Source: Treponemataceae bacterium (GTDB taxonomy: Bacteria; Spirochaetota; Spirochaetia; Treponematales; Rectinemataceae). Taken from it: DNA of 63,103 nucleotides. The notes beneath the pieces were generated by a model. The model had not been told where the DNA came from. It did not search any database and was given only the letters and a program-made list of their open reading frames with translations. The stretch covers positions 1 to 63,103 of the forward strand of contig CAXXGJ010000022.1 of the NCBI GenBank assembly GCA_963677895.2, read 5' to 3'. The translations under genes were made by a program, and so were the position numbers. This document shows, piece after piece, positions 60,261 to 63,103 of the stretch (position 1 is its first letter; each line of letters opens with the position of its first letter).

Positions 60261-61079
60261 CTAGAATTTTGCCGCTCGCGTGGCGATGAACGTATTGATA
60301 TAGGGATCGAGAAGGTCTCCCCAGCCCGACGAATCCTCGAAAAATCCCGTCACGGCGAATCCGGCGGCGATCTGGCCGCCTATCTGGTCTTCGAGGGAGT
60401 GGCCGAATTCCAGCGCTTCCTTGGCCGCCATTCTTTTGGCCAGCAGCTCTTCGGGAAGTTGCGCGATATCGGAATAGGGAATTTTGTAGCGCACGTTCAG
60501 CTTCTGGTTCGTGTCCCATTCCTCCAGGTCGAATATGTAGAGAATAGGGTTGACGAAGCCGGCGAGGAGGACGCCGCCTTTTTTCAGGACTCTGTGGCAT
60601 TCCTTCCATACCGGCCGCACATCGTCGACGAAGATGTTCGACACCGGATGGAATATTAAATCGAAACTGCCGTCGGCGAAGCGCGAAAGATTCCTCATAT
60701 CGCCCTGTTCCTGGCATATGTCGAGCCCTTCGCGTCGGGCTACCATGTCGTCATGCGCGAGCTGGGCGGGGCAGTTGTCGAACACGGTAACCTTCGCTCC
60801 CGCGGCGGCGAGAATCGGAGCCTGCTGGCCTCCGCCGGAAGCGAGGCAAAGAATATCCTTCCCGTTCACTTCGCCGAACCATTCCCGCGGAACGGGTTTT
60901 GTCGGCGTAAGGAGCAGCGACCATTGACCTTTTCTGGCCTCCGCGATTTCCTCAGGCGATACGGGAACGGTCCACTTGTTGCCTTCGGCCACTTCCTTGG
61001 TCCAGGCTTCCCTGTTATAGCTGACAATATCCACGTCGTTCTCCTTCAGAATCCTGGCCGCGCCGATTGGGGCATCCAA
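60261..61079 (-). CDS. Class I SAM-dependent methyltransferase
   Basis: LCLASGGGQQ, QGDM, FDLIFHPVS and RVLKKGG. Confidence 0.92.
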   Translation of the reverse strand: MDAPIGAARILKENDVDIVSYNREAWTKEVAEGNKWTVPVSPEEIAEARKGQWSLLLTPTKPVPREWFGEVNGKDILCLASGGGQQAPILAAAGAKVTVFDNCPAQLAHDDMVARREGLDICQEQGDMRNLSRFADGSFDLIFHPVSNIFVDDVRPVWKECHRVLKKGGVLLAGFVNPILYIFDLEEWDTNQKLNVRYKIPYSDIAQLPEELLAKRMAAKEALEFGHSLEDQIGGQIAAGFAVTGFFEDSSGWGDLLDPYINTFIATRAAKF

Positions 61080-61094
61080 GCGTCGCCGCGGCGC

Positions 61095-62018
61095 TCAGAG
61101 CGTCTTTTCCAGATAGACCGCCCCTTCCAGAGGATTGTACACATAGGCGCCCGTTTCGCGGAAGCCCAAAGATCCGTACAGCGAAAGGGCGGGCCGCATG
61201 GATTTGAGCGTGTCCAGGCGCATAAGCCGATAGCCCTTCGCGCGAGCCTCCTCGATTATCATCAGCGCGAGTTTCTTACCCACGCCCCTGCCCTTGTAGG
61301 CGTCCCTCACGAAGAGGCGTTTCATCTCGCAGATGCCGTCGCCGATTTTCTTCAGGGCGACGCAGCCGCACAACGCGCCGCCGGCTTTGGCGACGAGAAG
61401 CGCTCCGTCGGGTTCGGAATATTTTCCCGGCAAGGTCTTCAACTCCTCATCAATACCCTGGAAACAAAGGTCCAAAGCCATGGAAGCCATATACTCCTCG
61501 ATGAGTCCGCGTATGGCTCCCATGTCGGCGGGTTTGGCTTTGCGATACGTTATGCGCGCGATCTTCGTGGTACCGGAACCGGAGGGCATTTCGGCGAGCT
61601 TGATGGAAAGCAGCGCGAAAAAAGAGTCCACATCATCCGCGGCGCCGATATTGAGGGATATGCCGTGATACTTCTTCCCCTTCGATTCCGCGTACTGCGT
61701 CTTGGCCGCTTCGGGCAAGGGCGCGGCGTTCACCGCGTCTCCCTCGTCGGGCTTGAGATAGAACGTCGTCCGGAAATATCCGTCATAGACGCCGAGCCAG
61801 AACACGGTCTTCTCTTTCGCGGAGACCTTGAGAAGCCAACATTTGGTGTCACGGTAATAGGACCAGTTCTCGACCATTCCGGGGTGGTTTTTGCGCAGCC
61901 TTTCGAAGAGCGTCTCGTAGGCGCCGAAGGCTGTCTCGCCGAGCGCTTCTCTCAGGGATCCTTCCAGAGGATGCGCGGCGGCGCTGAACAATGCCGATTT
62001 TTCCATATCGATTATCAT
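61095..62018 (-). CDS. Two-domain protein: DUF3788-like N-terminus fused to a GNAT acetyltransferase
   Basis: N-terminal WSYYRDTKCWLLK..KTVFW. C-terminal CEMKRLFV, KGRGVG, LDTL and LYGSLGF. Confidence 0.8.
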   Translation of the reverse strand: MIIDMEKSALFSAAAHPLEGSLREALGETAFGAYETLFERLRKNHPGMVENWSYYRDTKCWLLKVSAKEKTVFWLGVYDGYFRTTFYLKPDEGDAVNAAPLPEAAKTQYAESKGKKYHGISLNIGAADDVDSFFALLSIKLAEMPSGSGTTKIARITYRKAKPADMGAIRGLIEEYMASMALDLCFQGIDEELKTLPGKYSEPDGALLVAKAGGALCGCVALKKIGDGICEMKRLFVRDAYKGRGVGKKLALMIIEEARAKGYRLMRLDTLKSMRPALSLYGSLGFRETGAYVYNPLEGAVYLEKTL

Positions 62019-62133
62019 CCGCTATTGTGGCCGATAAATCAACGAACCTCGCGGCTTGTCGCGAGGTTCGTTATTCTGCGGGGCATCGCGCTACAGCAAT
62101 GGATCGGGCGCGAATCGCGGCGAAAAAGCCGGC

Positions 62134-62671
62134 TTACTCGACCTTCCAGTACTCCAGGTGGATGGTGTAGCCGTTCGAGGATTTCTCGATGACGCCGGTG
62201 GGTTCGCCGAGAGCTTCCCTATTTACCACCGAAGAGGGCGCCGTCACCGCCATTGTTTTGGCTGTCTTTCCATCAACGCTCTTCGCGCCGCTGTCGAGAC
62301 CCCGGTATATGGGATCGTAGATGACAGGACCGGCACTGTCCAGGTAGATATAGAAATACGAATCATAAGGGCCATAAGGATCGCCCAAAGTCGAGTAGTC
62401 CGCGGCAAGGTAGTACTTGAAAACATACCTGGCGCTGGTCAGGTAATTGGTCCAGGTATAGTCGGTCCAATATTCGCCGGTACGCGACTGGTAGTAATTG
62501 TCTTCAACGATATAATCAGCCGGTATATATGGATTCGTATCGGAAAAACTGAAAAGAACGTCAGGCCCAACCGTAACCGATATAGACATCACCCTTGACC
62601 GTTATGTAGCAGGAAGAAAACAGCACTGCGACTAGGACCGCCGCCGCCAGCAGAAAACGTTTGCCTTTCAT
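62134..62671 (-). pseudogene. Tyr-rich lipoprotein interrupted by a +1 frameshift near 62564-62570
   Basis: SD GAGG, then MKGKRFLLAAAVLVAVLFSSC (lipobox), with TGA after codon 36. The body continues in the +1 frame to TAA at 62134. Total length 538 nt = 3n+1. Confidence 0.7.
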
Positions 62672-62926
62672 GTTCCTCTCTCCTCGATCAGGGCGTCGAT
62701 TCATGGTTGCGTCGCCCATACTTTACTAACATATCGTTTAATCGATCGTTATATCCACTTTTTGGGGAAAATATCGTTCATTGCGCCGTTGCGGCCGGTC
62801 CTGGCATACCCTCCCCGTTCGCCGCGGTCGACTTCCCGGCCGCGGCTTGGCCGCAGCCTGGCCGCGGCGCGGCGACTCAAGCCCGCGTAGAAGCCCCGCC
62901 CGGAACCATGGTATAGTGGGCGCCGC

Positions 62927-63103
62927 ATGAACATTCTTTCGATATCCGGCGCCGCCGTCGCGCTGAAAGACGGGTTTCTCTTCGAAGGGCTCGACCTGGG
63001 CATCGAATCGGGCGAGCGGATCGGCCTCGTGGGGCTCAACGGCTCGGGAAAAACGACCCTGCTCCGCATCCTCGCGGGCACGCTGCAGGCCGACAAAGGC
63101 GAA
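62927..63103 (+). CDS. ABC ATPase, probably ABC-F/Uup-like (3'-partial)
   Basis: MNILSI...GERIGLVGLNGSGKTTLLRILAG (Walker A). Confidence 0.85.
   Translation, partial: MNILSISGAAVALKDGFLFEGLDLGIESGERIGLVGLNGSGKTTLLRILAGTLQADKGE

Noticed and set aside
54754..62192. Long antisense ORFs (54754-56256, 56704-57978, 58655-60289, 60753-62192) and similar ones elsewhere
   Set aside because: They mirror well-supported genes, show no recognisable motifs, and are expected from GC-rich codon bias.
62561..62563. TGA as selenocysteine or readthrough in the lipoprotein
   Set aside because: The same frame hits another stop soon after. The body of the protein is in the +1 frame.

Overview
A 63 kb GC-rich stretch of bacterial core chromosome. 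A spirochaete origin is likely, inferred from spirochaete-style lipoprotein signal peptides and the gene repertoire. It holds about 58 CDSs and one tRNA-Val(CAC). Housekeeping genes include pyk, ribA, uvrC, tkt, ettA, msrA, nagAB, tpx, glf, fhs, galU, proS, a glmS-like gene and a type II pantothenate kinase. It also carries a GntR/TRAP/SDR/mutarotase/Ldh_2 catabolic locus, four membrane-bound GGDEF proteins, an aldehyde:ferredoxin oxidoreductase and a flavinylation-motif reductase lipoprotein. I saw no prophage, transposase, integrase or CRISPR array. Best leads: (1) an unannotated 16-codon leader ORF inside mutually exclusive RNA stems upstream of an MFS transporter, a candidate attenuator; (2) a lipoprotein flavin reductase lacking the fumarate-reductase catalytic residues; (3) an 821-aa GlmS with large insertions; (4) a tRNA-Val whose leader and trailer extend the acceptor stem; (5) a shared GATA-repeat operator for the GntR/TRAP locus; (6) several apparently leaderless genes; (7) two +1 frameshifts (uvrC and a lipoprotein) that may be assembly errors. 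All protein calls come from motif recognition by eye, and no database search was run.
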